64,000 nucleotides of DNA from NCBI GenBank assembly GCA_003693705.1, contig RBZT01000635.1, forward strand, positions 416 through 64,415. The letters are read 5' to 3'. Source of the stretch: Polymyxa betae A26-41 (Eukaryota > Protista > Endomyxa: Phytomyxea). Shown piece after piece: positions 10,227-22,476 of the stretch (position 1 is the stretch's first letter; each line of letters begins with the position of its first letter). Under the pieces are notes generated by a model, which saw only the letters and a program-made list of their open reading frames with translations, was not told the origin of the DNA and made no database searches. A program made the position numbers and the translations under genes.

Positions 10227-12686
10227 ATGTTCTGGTTTGACGAGCTCGCCCAGATTGAGAAACGGGCATTTGACAAAACCGGAAAGTTCGCACCCGGGAA
10301 GGATACACACGAAACATGCCAAGCTCGGGCTTTGGAACTTTATGACAAAGCTTGCACTGCCTTCAAGACGAAGCAGAGTTCCAAGCGAGACGCAAATATC
10401 AATGTTCTTCAAGGGCTATTGAAGAAGGGAACAACCGAAGATCAGATCTCGGCTCTCGCTGTATCCGTTCAGGAGTCTCCTGTCCATCTCGGCGAGTTCT
10501 GTATCTCGAAACTGATAGCGGTCGCTGGTAAAAAAAGCCGCGATCACGCTTGGGCTGCTCTGGGAGCTCTTCGCGATATCTATACGGGTTGTTTATTACC
10601 CGATGGAAGGAAGCTACGCCATTTAGATGCAGAATCATGGAATGAGATCAAACCTCGGTTGTCACCTGAAGAATGCAATCAATGGATGGTGTATCGTTAT
10701 TTCGAGTCTCGAATCAAATCATTGTACAGTGATTTCATCACTGTCTTAGAATCGGCATCCACAGATCCAGTCGAATGGTTCCGAATGAAGACTCTTGCTT
10801 TGCCCCAGGAGTTACTCTCCCTGAAACCCGAAGCTGAAGTTCGCCTACTTGTACTGCTTGTGAATAAAGTCGGTGATCCAGCTCGTAAGGTAACAATATT
10901 GCACAATTATCTATATTCCATTGTTTCTTACCTCAAATGCAGGTCTCGGCTCAGGCTTTAAGACTCATTCGACATCTACTCGAAGCCCATGCTAACATGA
11001 AAGGTGTGATTGTCGACGAAATCCAGCGCTTCCTCATGCGTGCCAATATCACCCCTCGGGCTCAGTACCAAGCTGTCATCCTATTGACCCAAATCGTATT
11101 CGCTCCGCATGACGGCCCGCTCGCCCGACGCCTCGTCGACATCTACCTCTCTCTCTTCTCACGAAAGGACCTCGAATCCGAATCCGACTCGCGCCTGCTA
11201 TCCGCCCTGCTGACGGGCCTGAATCGCGCCTTCCCATTTGCTGCCTCTTTAATGAATGACGAGCAATACGACGCCCAGACGACGCGTCTGCTGCGTCTGG
11301 CACGCTCGAAGAACTTCAACGCGGCGGTCCAGTCGTTAATGTTACTGCAGCAAGTAATGTCTGCTAGACAGTCGCTCTGTACGCGCTACTACACTGCTCT
11401 CTACGACTCTCTCTCATTGCCTTCATTGGTGAATTCATCTAAGCATTCGCTGTATCTAAATCTGCTTTATCGAACCATCAAGAATGATGTGTCGGTTCCG
11501 CGGATCGCCGCCTTTGTCAAGCGCCTCCTGCAGGTCTGCCTGCAATCCCGGCCTGGGTTCGTCTGTGGCTCGTTGATCCTGCTCGCCGAACTTTGCAAGC
11601 ATCACCCAGCCATCCGCTGCATGATCGATCAGGCTGTCAATAAGGAGGACGACGTCAAATACGATCCGGCCAAACGTGATCCTCTGTTTGCTAATGCAAA
11701 TGCGACATGTCTATGGGAGCTACACATTCTTGAACAACATTATCACCCATCGGTGTCGAAATTCTCATCACAGATTTTGAATAACGTTCCGATCGTGTAT
11801 AACGGGAACCCAATTGCCGATTTCACCTTGCGCCACTTTTTGGATCGGTTTGTTTACCGAAATCCTAAAAAAACCGAAGCGACTCGTTCCGCTCTTGCTC
11901 CACAACCATCTGCGATCGATAAGATGGCTCCAGTTAACACGGAAGTAAGTATGAAGTTTTCTGAATTTCTATTCGTCCAAGAGCAAAATTGCTTTCTTTT
12001 GGCTGCATAGTGATTTCGCCTTTTAGGAGTTCTGGAAATTGGATGAAAGCCAGGTCCGAGAAGATGAGAAATTCATGCACAAGTACTTCCGAAATCGTTT
12101 GGAAAGAGGTGAAATTTCCGAAAAACCGGTCAACGATGACGAAAACAGTGACGAAGAGAAAGACGCATTCGCTGATCAACTCTTTGAAAATGAGCTCCGC
12201 AAAACGGATGGTGCTATCGACATTGATGATGATGACGACGATCTTCTCAACGGGGAGCACATATCAGATGATGAATTGAATGAGGCCTTCGGTGATGAAG
12301 ATGACGACGATTGTATTGAAGGGGATGAAATGGATTCTGAGAACGAGGATATTGATGATGAACATATTGCCGATGATGATGATGTGATTTTCCACGAACA
12401 GGATGATGACGCCTTCGATGACGATGGCTTTGGTGATGATTTGATAGAGGAAGACACTAGTAAGTCCAAGAAGAACAAGAAGAAAACGAGTCAGTCTGCA
12501 TTTGCTGATGCTGATGATTACGCTGAACTTCTAGAATTGACGAATGGTGCCGCCAAAGCTAATAACAAAACTGAATCGTGGCAAGCCGGCTCGAAGAAGC
12601 GGCAGTTCCAGTCGCCTCGGAACAAGCCTAATGGCAAACAATCCAAAAAACAGAAGGGGAAACCTACTGCGAAATCTAGGAAATAG
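10227..12686 (+). CDS. MAK21: CBF/Mak21 (Noc1/CEBPZ) 60S biogenesis protein; start uncertain
   Basis: GTTEDQISAL, LVNKVGDP, RIAAFVKRLLQ, YDPAKRDPLFANA, HYHPSV, FLDRFVYRNPK, acidic tail and FADADDYAELL. Confidence 0.92.
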
Positions 12687-12723
12687 GCGTATAATGGATA
12701 AATAATTTATAAATCTAATCCAG

Positions 12724-13500
12724 TCAAGTCTTGATACCACAGCGACATCCGCCTTCTTTCCTTAATGTCGATGGCCATTCTACATCTAGACGTTTGCAGT
12801 CGAATGGAACTTGATCCAGTCGTTGTCTGACAACATTATGCGCATTACAGAGCCACAACCGGAATGCATCAGCAGAGGAGATATCTGGAGGAGTACGTCT
12901 CAAAAGTTGCTGTTCGTATTAGGTCAGGAAAAAGATCTCAAAGGAGAACGTTATTACCCGAAAATGACTAGCACATTCTTCGCATGGGAACTGACGTGAA
13001 ATAATATGCAGTAGCTGAACATAGTCGTCTTGTTGATCGGATGTGAAATTTTGTGGAATCTTGGCCGCCATCGTATGCAACAAAGACCATGTCATATGTC
13101 CAATCTCATCCCTTGACATCGGTCCTAAACATATCATGCTTTAATGCCAAGCCGCACAAGCTCATCGCAAAACTTTCATCAAAACAGATCTCATCGGTAC
13201 GACGAATGCTGCGAGAGTCTTCGGCTCCGATAAAACCAAATTTCTATCGAACACAGCAGCTTAACAGAGCTTCTCACCTCGGATATTCTCTATTCTATTT
13301 TGTGATGGAAGCCATATCCAAAGGGCGCCTCCTACAAGAAGACCCAAACAGACCCAGGTCCAAACCTGCGGCTGTAACAAGTGCTTGTGATAGAAATCGT
13401 CGAGACGACGCCGGGCCTGCCATACTCGCGACCGAATCCGCCATGGACGCTGTTTCTCATCGTCATCGCTATCGATCGAGCCATAGATCGCTGACGACAT
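12724..13500 (-). CDS. Erv1/Alr-family FAD sulfhydryl oxidase, Erv2-like (N-terminal TM, C-terminal CxC)
   Basis: EIGHMTWSLLHTMAA, FPCEECASHF, WLCNAHNVV..FDC, C-terminal GGCRCGIKT*; TM VWTWVCLGLLVGGALWIWL. Confidence 0.85.
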
Positions 13501-13672
13501 TGTATCGTAATGAACGATGTCATTCGTCGCAACCTGTGACTCGATTCTGAGGTTCTCGAATTGATTACCTGAAAGCTATTCTGGGGCGATCGATTCGTTG
13601 GATCAAATTGCATCACTACAAAGGCGCTCCAGTTTCGCTTCACAAGGCATGTACAGGGATGTAATGAATAAA

Positions 13673-14260
13673 CTAATGCTGTTCCGATCGTTTCTTTTGA
13701 AGGAATTTATCCACCATTTCCTCGGTCGACGATGATGTCGCCTTTAGTCGCCGCCAAAGGACGTTATTCGTCTGTGGAGCGACCATCGATCTCGCGTTCG
13801 AGGTTGTAAACCTTTTATGTGAGCGCCCATGCGATGCATCAGCTTGCGCTCGCTGCTCAACGGTTTCTGCATTAATATCAACCTGAGATCCAAGAGCATG
13901 ACGAACGAATCTTTCTGCAGCGTCCTGGTCGATTCTCATGGTCGGCCCTTGCTCAGCTGGCTCCGGTTCCTTAGAAGAGAACTTCTTGATTTTGTCGAAA
14001 TATTGTTTAACGCGACCAATCTCCTTATTGATTGGATGGTTTTGGGGGATTTGCCCAGAACATCTTATATAGATGAAGTAGAGCGAATTCAGGGCAAACG
14101 CGATCGTGGCATGGAAGCGGGCTCGTGCTTCAGGATCGGTTAAGGCTTGCTGTGCTTCCTCATACAGAGATGGATTCAAAGCCGAGATAATCTCGCTAGT
14201 TTTCGCTAACGAAGATGAGAGCGACGCTAATGTGCCCTTGATTTCATCATCCAATTCCAT
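13673..14260 (-). CDS. C1D: C1D/Rrp47 exosome cofactor
   Basis: AFALNSLYFIYIRCSG..P.NHPI..EI.RVKQYFDKIK and IDQDAAERFVRHAL. Confidence 0.88.
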   Translation of the reverse strand: MELDDEIKGTLASLSSSLAKTSEIISALNPSLYEEAQQALTDPEARARFHATIAFALNSLYFIYIRCSGQIPQNHPINKEIGRVKQYFDKIKKFSSKEPEPAEQGPTMRIDQDAAERFVRHALGSQVDINAETVEQRAQADASHGRSHKRFTTSNARSMVAPQTNNVLWRRLKATSSSTEEMVDKFLQKKRSEQH

Positions 14261-14445
14261 GCTATAATTTCTCAGCAAATCGGTCTGCGGCAGAAATTCA
14301 GCGCAGAATTTTATGGAAGATGTTAGATGATTTTCTATAAATTTCGAAATCTTTTCGTTTGCCAGACGTCCTTTATAGCTGTGTTGTATGCTTTATTCGG
14401 ATTTGTTTATGATGACTCCCAGATATGAGAATTTCAAATTCGGTT

Positions 14446-16725
14446 TTATGCTTGTGATATGATATATCTGAACTTTTTCAACCTGGCCTCCAGCAGGAAC
14501 TCAGGTGAAACCAACTGCTGCAATGCATCAAAATTACCCGGGATTTCTTCCAGCAAAGGATTGGCATCTATAGCCATTTGTTCCATTACTTCGAAATCGA
14601 TGGTCGGCGCCGTCACCCAAGGCTGCTTATACGCTGATTCTCCGTTTTTCCTCAGATTGCGAAACGATGTGTTCTGGTCCAGAGAAATTCGGCGCGATTT
14701 TCGACGAAGATCTCCATCGAGTCTGGACAGGTCCTCCAAAACCAGCCGCTTCGCTCGCTTCCCGCATTCTTTCCTCATGGTTATGTAGAAACGAACTGTT
14801 ATCGGTATCAACAGACCAACAAGCAGCGCCATGAAGTTGCATTTCTTATTGAGGAGCAATCCGACGAGCGCAAACTGAGAGAATCCCAACGAAAACACGA
14901 TTCGGGAAAAAGCCGGGGGGAACATGGCGCCACCCGCCTCGGACTGTCGGGACCAGACAAACATGAATTGATATCGATAAAAAACCGAAGCGAACAGGCA
15001 GAGCAGGGCGGTGAATGGTACAATCAGCGGTGCGATGGGAAGATAAAGGACGCCAAGAGAGAACAGCAGCAAATAAGTAGGATAATTCTCATCAAAATAG
15101 AACACTCCCGGGTCGGCGCATGCCCGAACCGAAGACGCCGACGAAGCGCTCCTCATGCCCAGCCAGCCCATTATTAAGGGCGCCGGTCTCACCAATTCAA
15201 GAGAGAGGGCAGTAAACGTTTTTGTCATAATCATCAATATATACAACACGTTCGCTGACGGTAATGAATCCGCAAGCAGCTGGAAGACGAATTGCAGATC
15301 CGTATTCATTAAGTTCGAGCTTTTCTTAGCGAAAGCCGACACTAAAGTTGCAGAGAAAATACAATGAACCATTTGGAAATAGTAGTATAAGACAAAGGTC
15401 GATCGTTCGATCTCCGATTGAGCTGCGAAACCTCGCATTGAAGACAGCAGCCGCAGCATCGGAGGGACGATCGCCATCATGATGATCAATCCGAGACCAG
15501 GTAGGAACCCTTCGAGAGCCGTCTTCACTATCGGGTGGGCGCTCAAGAGTGGCTTTAGAAAGGGCAGCAGCTTGGTCAGCTTTTCTAAATCGGTCATCAT
15601 TGTAATCAGGGCGACGGGTAGCTCGAACGATAACAGCAGCAGGAAGAATGACGCATATACGAAGATTTGGCGTAAGGAGCGCTCCGATTTGGTCATGATG
15701 ACGCCATCCCAATCAACATCTTTTGGTTCCGGGGCGACCTTGGCCGTCATTCTCGGCGCCGAGATCGTGATTGGAATTTGGGCAGCCATCGCCGCCCCTT
15801 GGAATGATGTGAACGTCACGAAACCCGTCTGAGTCGATTCGCCGTCTTCTTTCTGCAATTCTTTGATGGCGACGTTAAGATCGGCAAGTTGTTCCTTCAT
15901 TTTGTTGATTTCGACCCTGTTGCTGGCGTCGCGCTGCTGAATGGCCAACGCAGATTCAAGTTTGGAGACGACCACGGCACGCTGATCATAGCGTTCGCGA
16001 AGCCGATTGTGACATTTCAAAAGATAACAATTGGCAATCGGGTCATCGTCAAACATTGATGCAACATAGGAGTGCAGGTCGTTGTCGGTTTGAATGTGTT
16101 TTGGTAAATCTCGCAACAGAACTGACAGCTGGTCGACACGGAGATCGGCGTCGCGATTCGAGAGATGATATCGATGCCGCAGATCGACATAGACGACGTA
16201 CTCGTGTTTCAGCAGATGCATGAGATAGAAGGTGGCGAAGAACATGGCGCCGGCATGGAACCAGAGCAGATTGCTGCCTTCCTGGACTCCCTTGATTGTC
16301 AGCGTTAACATCGTCGAGGGTGAATCCGACATCGATGCGTTCCAGTTTGCAGGTATCAGGATGCCGCAAGCGATGATGGTGAGGACCAAGAAGTACTTGG
16401 CGCCCAAGGCCAGGACTCGAAGGAACATGGTCGCATCGAGGCCGACGATCTCGACCAGCTCGTGCTGGTCCATGCGCATCATCTGCCAGATGTGGGACGG
16501 CGATGTGATGGTAAAATTTGGCGGTCGACGCCTCGTATCATCTGGCTGCGGGCAGACTAATCTCGGCACATAGATATAGGCCAGTTTTCGGAACAGCACA
16601 AAGAAGGTGACGAGTAATACGGCCATAATCGTGACGTTCGTATTGACATTTTGAAGAAGACTACCAAATGACGTCGCGTTTGCGATGTCTTCCGTCGGCG
16701 GGGCGTTTTCGTCGGGCGACGACAT
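14446..16725 (-). CDS. CSC1/OSCA/TMEM63 mechanosensitive channel
   Basis: 759-aa intronless multi-TM ORF with GLDATMFLR, GFVTF, APEPKDVDW, IAPLIVPF and EAGGAMFP. Confidence 0.93.
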   Translation of the reverse strand: MSSPDENAPPTEDIANATSFGSLLQNVNTNVTIMAVLLVTFFVLFRKLAYIYVPRLVCPQPDDTRRRPPNFTITSPSHIWQMMRMDQHELVEIVGLDATMFLRVLALGAKYFLVLTIIACGILIPANWNASMSDSPSTMLTLTIKGVQEGSNLLWFHAGAMFFATFYLMHLLKHEYVVYVDLRHRYHLSNRDADLRVDQLSVLLRDLPKHIQTDNDLHSYVASMFDDDPIANCYLLKCHNRLRERYDQRAVVVSKLESALAIQQRDASNRVEINKMKEQLADLNVAIKELQKEDGESTQTGFVTFTSFQGAAMAAQIPITISAPRMTAKVAPEPKDVDWDGVIMTKSERSLRQIFVYASFFLLLLSFELPVALITMMTDLEKLTKLLPFLKPLLSAHPIVKTALEGFLPGLGLIIMMAIVPPMLRLLSSMRGFAAQSEIERSTFVLYYYFQMVHCIFSATLVSAFAKKSSNLMNTDLQFVFQLLADSLPSANVLYILMIMTKTFTALSLELVRPAPLIMGWLGMRSASSASSVRACADPGVFYFDENYPTYLLLFSLGVLYLPIAPLIVPFTALLCLFASVFYRYQFMFVWSRQSEAGGAMFPPAFSRIVFSLGFSQFALVGLLLNKKCNFMALLVGLLIPITVRFYITMRKECGKRAKRLVLEDLSRLDGDLRRKSRRISLDQNTSFRNLRKNGESAYKQPWVTAPTIDFEVMEQMAIDANPLLEEIPGNFDALQQLVSPEFLLEARLKKFRYIISQA

Positions 16726-16988
16726 CGGTATCGGATATCAGAGAAATTTGAGTGTAAGGTTCCATCGGCAAGCGGAACATGACTCATGTTGACGATCTGT
16801 CGAACTTGAAGTTTTTATGCCATCGTATCGTAACCAGAACAAGAACTTTTGGTTTTGTATACTGGTAAAACGGTACGTAATCCGATGGAAATGGGAGACA
16901 GATTCGTCATGGCGTTAAGAAAATATCCAGTCAGCCTGTGGAGCAAGATCGAGACGGTACCCAATCACAGCAAGACTTTAGCACCCCG

Positions 16989-18681
16989 ATGCTGTCGCCG
17001 CCCAAGCCGGAAGAAGCTGCCCTGCTGGGCGCAGAACCGGTCGAAGCGAAGGCGCCTGCTGCATCGCTGCTACTGTCCCGATCGCAGGCCTTGGCCCTTA
17101 GCATCAAGGTCAGTTCATCAACCAACACATTGCTACAATAATGACAGACATGGATGTCTGCAACCTCCATTTTGCCTTTATAAGAGTGTCTATAAGCACC
17201 ACTGTTGTTTATGTTATCATGGTTCTGCACCTTCTCTTTTACTGTTATAAGAGTGCCCTCGTATTTATCAGTGTCATTTCTGTCATTGCTTATCAAATGT
17301 CGTTTCCCTTTTCCGCAACCTCCATTTGGCCTCTATATAAGCACCGCTGTTGTTTATGGTATCATGGTTCTGCAACCCCTTTTTACTGTCTATAAGAGTG
17401 CCCTCTTATTTATCAGTGTCATTTCTGTCATTGCTTATCCAATGTGGTCCCCCTTTCCCACGATAATGAAAACGCCTGGTGTACGGTATCATTCTCTAAT
17501 CGTGTCTAGTCGACAGTTGGGAGTGGCATCTTCGCGATCCCGTTCGGGTTCAGGCTGGCCGGCTTGATCGGCGGCGTCCTGATTTTGACTCTGACCTTCG
17601 CGTTATCCTATATCGGTGGCTTATTGCTTCTGCGATCCCGGCAGCGTTCGTTCCCTGGCGTCTCCAGAGTCACTTGTAAGCAGTAATTCGGAAGTTTGTC
17701 ATCTTCCTAAACATAGTTTACAGACAGTGATGTCGGCCATCATTGGTCTGGTTCAAAAGGGCGATTGCTGGTCGATTCAATGACTGTCGCTTTGCAAATA
17801 GGGACAATATTCGCTTATTGCATTTTCATTATTGAGACTTTATCGAATGCTTTACCATCGGTCGAACGAGCCGCTCTTGTCGTCGCCCTTCTGCTCGCCC
17901 TAATTCCCATATTGCAATTGCGACGAATTGAGTCGATCTCGTTGATCGCAGCGGCTGCCGATATCCTCGCTGTGGTCGGGTTAATATCCTGTATAGTCTT
18001 ATTGGTGACGTCTCGTGACAGCGGGGCAGTCGTTTCGACCTCAGTAAGCTCGCAAGCATGGCTATTTGTTGGAATAGCTTTGTTTTCGGTAGAAGGTGTC
18101 TGCCTGGTCCTACCTGTTCAATCGTCGATGGCGAATCCATCCGAATATAGACAAGTCTGGTCATGGACGATGCTAAGCGTCTTCATATTATATCTCGTCT
18201 TTGGAATTCTGGGCTATGCTGCTTTTGGAGATTCTACCGATGACATCATCTTGAATAATTTCGCAACGTCTGATATCAAACGAGCGACTCAAGTAAGAAT
18301 CAATAGTCCACCGATAAGATTTCTGATAAATCCTCTTTCTAGGTTATTTATTGTCTGGCTTTGCTGCTTTCCACAGCAGTCCAAGCTGTACCAGCTTTTG
18401 AGATCGTAGAACGCAATGATACGAAAGCTTATATGTTGACCATTGCATTGCGATTGGGTCTAGCAGCCATGGCCGCCATCACAACAATGGTAGTTCCTGG
18501 ATTTGCGATCGTCGTTTCGTTGATCGGTGCTGTATTCGGATCGGTGATGGCGTTCGGTCTCCCAGCGGTAATAGTGCTGAAGTTAGAACCCGGGCTATCC
18601 AGGCTGAAGAGGTTTGGCCTTTATTTACTCGCTGCAATATCAGTCTCCAGCATTGGATTAGGAATAGCAGCCATGGTTTAA
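16989..18681 (+). CDS. Amino acid transporter (Aa_trans/AAAP family), probably vacuolar; start uncertain
   Basis: SIK|STVGSGIFAIPFGFRLAGLIGG across intron 17109-17509; GIALFSVEGVCLVLPVQSSM; GILGYAAFG; N-terminal EEAALL dileucine motif. Confidence 0.88.
17160..17460. repeat. Diverged tandem duplication (~150 bp x2) inside a 401-nt intron
   Basis: gcaacctccatt...tataagagtgccctc.tatttatcagtgtcatttctgtcattgcttatc occurs at ~17160-17314 and ~17315-17460. Confidence 0.9.
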
Positions 18682-19019
18682 AGGAAACCATAGAAGATTT
18701 ATCTACGATATCAAACAAATAATAAACCTATACAAGTGTTTTAGATTTCAGTAAGTGCTCGTTGAATTTCAAACTCCCATCTCGTTTCAGTGATTAGGCG
18801 TAGCTCCCCCTGTTGCTGATTCAATCGGAAAGAGATTGGAAGTCGTTCACGGCCACATCAGGCATATGAGTCATGCTTACAAATCGTGACTCCATGTTTC
18901 CGCTCGATTACCTTCGGCTCGTCAAGAGACAGTCCATACTGAAAAGAATTTATTCTTAAGAAGACGAACCCCATCGATAATTCTTCTATTTTATTCTTCT
19001 CAAACGAGATAACTCGGAA

Positions 19020-19610
19020 ATGAATTACGAGCTGCAGTTTAAGGAACCCGTTCGTATTGCCCAGGTTGAGAACCCGGCCGTGGCTCGCCGCCGTCGCCTT
19101 TTGCAATATGCCGAAACCTTCTGCTATATGATCGCTGTCCTTGTCTGCATGATGGCGTTAAACTGGTTTATGGGAGCTGTCGTGACCGGCGCTACACGAT
19201 CCTGGTCGGCTGTCAACACAAGGCGCCTGGCGCGAGCTTTCCGATCGTGGCGATGGAGGGCGTTCTATTTCCTGCCAGCTATCCTGCTAATCGGCAATCT
19301 CCTCCATCGGCGTTTCGTACGTCGGGCGATTCCATCGTTGACCAGCTTGACATCACGAGTAGCTTTGATCACCTGGGTTCTCTATCAGTTCTACCAGCTT
19401 AGCCTGCTCATGTACCGGTTGCAGCGCCGGCAATCGGACCAGATCTGGTCCAGAAACGCCGTCTTCTATCTGTTCCTGGCTGCAGCTACCTTCGCCTGTA
19501 TTCTGGCAATTGAAAGCGCTCATATCTTGGCCATCTTCGCTCGAGTTGTTGCTGATGTTAGAAGGGTTCGGAGCGAGGCCCTACCAACCAAGATTGGAAA
19601 ACTGCTGTAA
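19020..19610 (+). CDS. Hypothetical 4-TM membrane protein
   Basis: 196-aa ATG-initiated ORF with four hydrophobic segments flanked by Arg clusters. Confidence 0.65.
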   Translation: MNYELQFKEPVRIAQVENPAVARRRRLLQYAETFCYMIAVLVCMMALNWFMGAVVTGATRSWSAVNTRRLARAFRSWRWRAFYFLPAILLIGNLLHRRFVRRAIPSLTSLTSRVALITWVLYQFYQLSLLMYRLQRRQSDQIWSRNAVFYLFLAAATFACILAIESAHILAIFARVVADVRRVRSEALPTKIGKLL

Positions 19611-20091
19611 ATAACCAAAATACATTCGATCTATCTATTCTTCATATCTCTTAAGTCTCCACATTTTACTTTAGCGCTTTCAGAATGACTGTCTACTCAA
19701 AAAACGAATGGGCGTCTATCATTCTTCAACACACCATCTGAGCTGTAACATTATATTGGCGCCGCCTATGCCTTAATGCTGCCCTTATGTAATGCTGCCC
19801 TTGTGTAACGAAACAAAACATATTTTTCAGCCGATCTATTTTATATAGCAAGTTTGGGTCGTGCGTGTGCTGATAGAAAATCTATTATGTTTTCCACGTC
19901 ATCAATAGCTGACGCTCAGTTTGTAAGCTGGACTTGGCGCATTCTTAATGGCGTCGTTTCAAGGCTCCCTAGAGAGCCAGTCGTCAAGATGACGATCCCA
20001 GGGAACTGATGGAAGCGATAGCGACAGATTCGATTGACTCATGTTCTGTATGACTCAATATCCCTTTCAGATGGGCAACTTAGTCTAAATT

Positions 20092-20829
20092 ATGTATGTA
20101 AGGCCAGCAACGTTCCTGGCTTTGCTGATAGCATTGTCTGGAGCAGCTAATATATATCGTTCTAAACCGGTCAAGCTATGTAATCTACCCGAAGCCATCT
20201 CCGTGCCTGGATTGCAATCTACAACAGTTCGCGGTTGCTCGAGAAGCTTCTCAACGCCCTTGGTCTCCATCGAGTACGACATCAGATGTCAGCCGTCGAA
20301 TCACGACTCCTGTCATTATTCGACATATTTATCGAGCGACGATGGGTGTTTACAAGATCGACCTCCTGTTCCGAAAAGCTTTCTTTCCGAATCAGTTTGT
20401 GAGACGTCTGCCGATCCAGTTCAGACCGATTGTTCTTTTCGGCTGCAGGTTCCAGCAGCTAGCGCGAACATTAGCCAGGTCTGCGTCGTCGTCTCGTGCC
20501 TGAGCGCTGGCGGCTGCCCAGTGAACGCTACTATCCGACTTGAAGGGGAACCTATTGTTAAAGAAGCCGCCGAAATCCAGGAGCAAATCGGGCAGGAGTA
20601 CCCGAAAGAAACGGCTTATGTTCAATGGGTGCTTATCGGGTTCGCAGCCGTTGTCCTCTTGATCATTGTCGCTGCTATCATCTGGTTCATTCAGAAACGG
20701 CGCCAGTCGAAATCGCTAAGTGAGATCCAGCCCGGGACCAGCACGACTGGCATCTGGGTCCTGGCTACCGGTGAAGATTATGATAACCGGGGCAATTCCA
20801 CTCGCGACCCGACGATTAATGACATGTGA
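20092..20829 (+). CDS. Cys-rich type I membrane surface protein
   Basis: Signal peptide, Cys-rich ectodomain, TM WVLIGFAAVVLLIIVAAIIWFI followed by QKRR. Confidence 0.75.
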   Translation: MYVRPATFLALLIALSGAANIYRSKPVKLCNLPEAISVPGLQSTTVRGCSRSFSTPLVSIEYDIRCQPSNHDSCHYSTYLSSDDGCLQDRPPVPKSFLSESVCETSADPVQTDCSFRLQVPAASANISQVCVVVSCLSAGGCPVNATIRLEGEPIVKEAAEIQEQIGQEYPKETAYVQWVLIGFAAVVLLIIVAAIIWFIQKRRQSKSLSEIQPGTSTTGIWVLATGEDYDNRGNSTRDPTINDM

Positions 20830-21109
20830 TTTCTGAAATAGCTTGTTTAATACATATCCAGCGCTAATTTATACATTGGTGATGGCCGGGTTCCAGACCT
20901 CAGCAAAGGACGGTCTGAATGGGGTTTCTTGCTTGAACAGGACGAGAGTTGCGTTCAGAAGAGAAGTGACATCGAATCTGGGGATAAAATGCAATGTTAA
21001 CGAGATCGATCAAGTTAGGGAGGTCTGGGACCTGAAGCGTCGATGCAGCATGGGTGGAGGATGGGTCGATTCGTTGTTCGAGTTTCATCAGTGACGGGCC
21101 AGCACCATC

Positions 21110-22353
21110 ATGTCCCTCAGTCCCTCTAAAGTGCAGTTATACACCTTTAGGTGCATCGCTGACAATCTGGTCATGGTCATCACACGCCGTCGCACGAGAC
21201 AGATGATGGCCGCGAAAACGGAGTGCTCCGGCGGCGAGGCGTCCCAGAATCAGAACCAGCAGGTCCTCCCGACCGTTGAGGAAGAGCCGTCTCCAATCTT
21301 GCCCGTATTGAAAGAAGAGGATGTCGTCAATATCGCCACGTTCTGCCCAAATCTGTCGTTCGCAGATCGGATCGGAGCTTGTCTTTCAGATGTGCACCGT
21401 CAGCTGGAGCGAATTGCAAGCCGTAGTGAGGCAGGAAGCGGCGAGCTGCGCGCCATTGGAGCGGTCGTTGACGCCGCTAACGTCAGCATGCGCCAGTCGG
21501 TCCAGGAAGACATGAACGACATCAAGCAGCTGGTAGCGGAGGTCAGGACCAATCAGCATTCAATTCGCGAAGAGATCAGCAGAATTCGATTGGATATGAA
21601 ATCGCAGAACACTCACGTTCTTATTGAAATCCGTGCGATGATCGAGGAGAGCGAGAAACGGCGTTGCCGAGATCTGGATCGGGCCTCGGATTCGATTGCC
21701 AGAATACGCGACGAGTTCCACGAACTTCTATGTGCACTGGATTCACGTGAAAATGAAGCTTCGCCGTCAAAACTGGAACGAGCTAAGAGGCCACTACGAC
21801 ACGAGCTGAAGCCGATAGCTAAGAAATCGAAGCAGACGGAAAGCGGCGGCAAACCGCTGCATAACAGCGTGTTTGTAATACAACCGCCTCCACCGAATGA
21901 TGAGCTGATTCCTAAGGTGATACCTGTAAATGCTGAAATGCTGGCTACATTTTGTCCTCATCCGGCGACTCCATGTAAGTCTGGATTCGAGGGTTACATT
22001 AGCTTCCAATTAATAATCAAACAGTTCCATGAGGGTTCTTGCCGACATGCTGGCCGGTGTTCGTCGCCGTATCAAGAAAACAACGGTTATTTAATACAGA
22101 TACAGAATATCTACCACGAATAACGAATTCGGTTATAACAAATCTGACCCCGAAAGTGCTTCTGAGAATGACATATCCAAAGACGTTGAGAATATACAAC
22201 GTCGGCGACCAAAAAACTCTAACCTTGACCCGTCAAAATCACGGAGCGTTGAGAGTCTTCAGAAGCGAGGACGAAACCACCATCAGCAGCAAAAGAAATA
22301 GCAAGGGACCACATGGTCACCTAAAACTGAACAGCGACACAAGAACATCATGA
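21110..22353 (+). CDS. Hypothetical coiled-coil protein (boundaries uncertain)
   Basis: ORF 21110-22123 with a central coiled coil; probable further exon(s) to ~22353. Confidence 0.5.
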
Positions 22354-22476
22354 TAGACAAGAGATCAGAATGAGCAATGTTATGTTGAAAGGCAGCGTCT
22401 CTGTAACAGCGACAGACGCAGCCAGATGGGGTCAAGGGGCCACCATCTTTAGTCGGACTTATCTCTTTATATCACC

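Noticed and set aside
19774-19808. 16-bp tandem duplication (taatgctgccctt.tg x2)
   Set aside because: Simple slippage duplication with no further structure.
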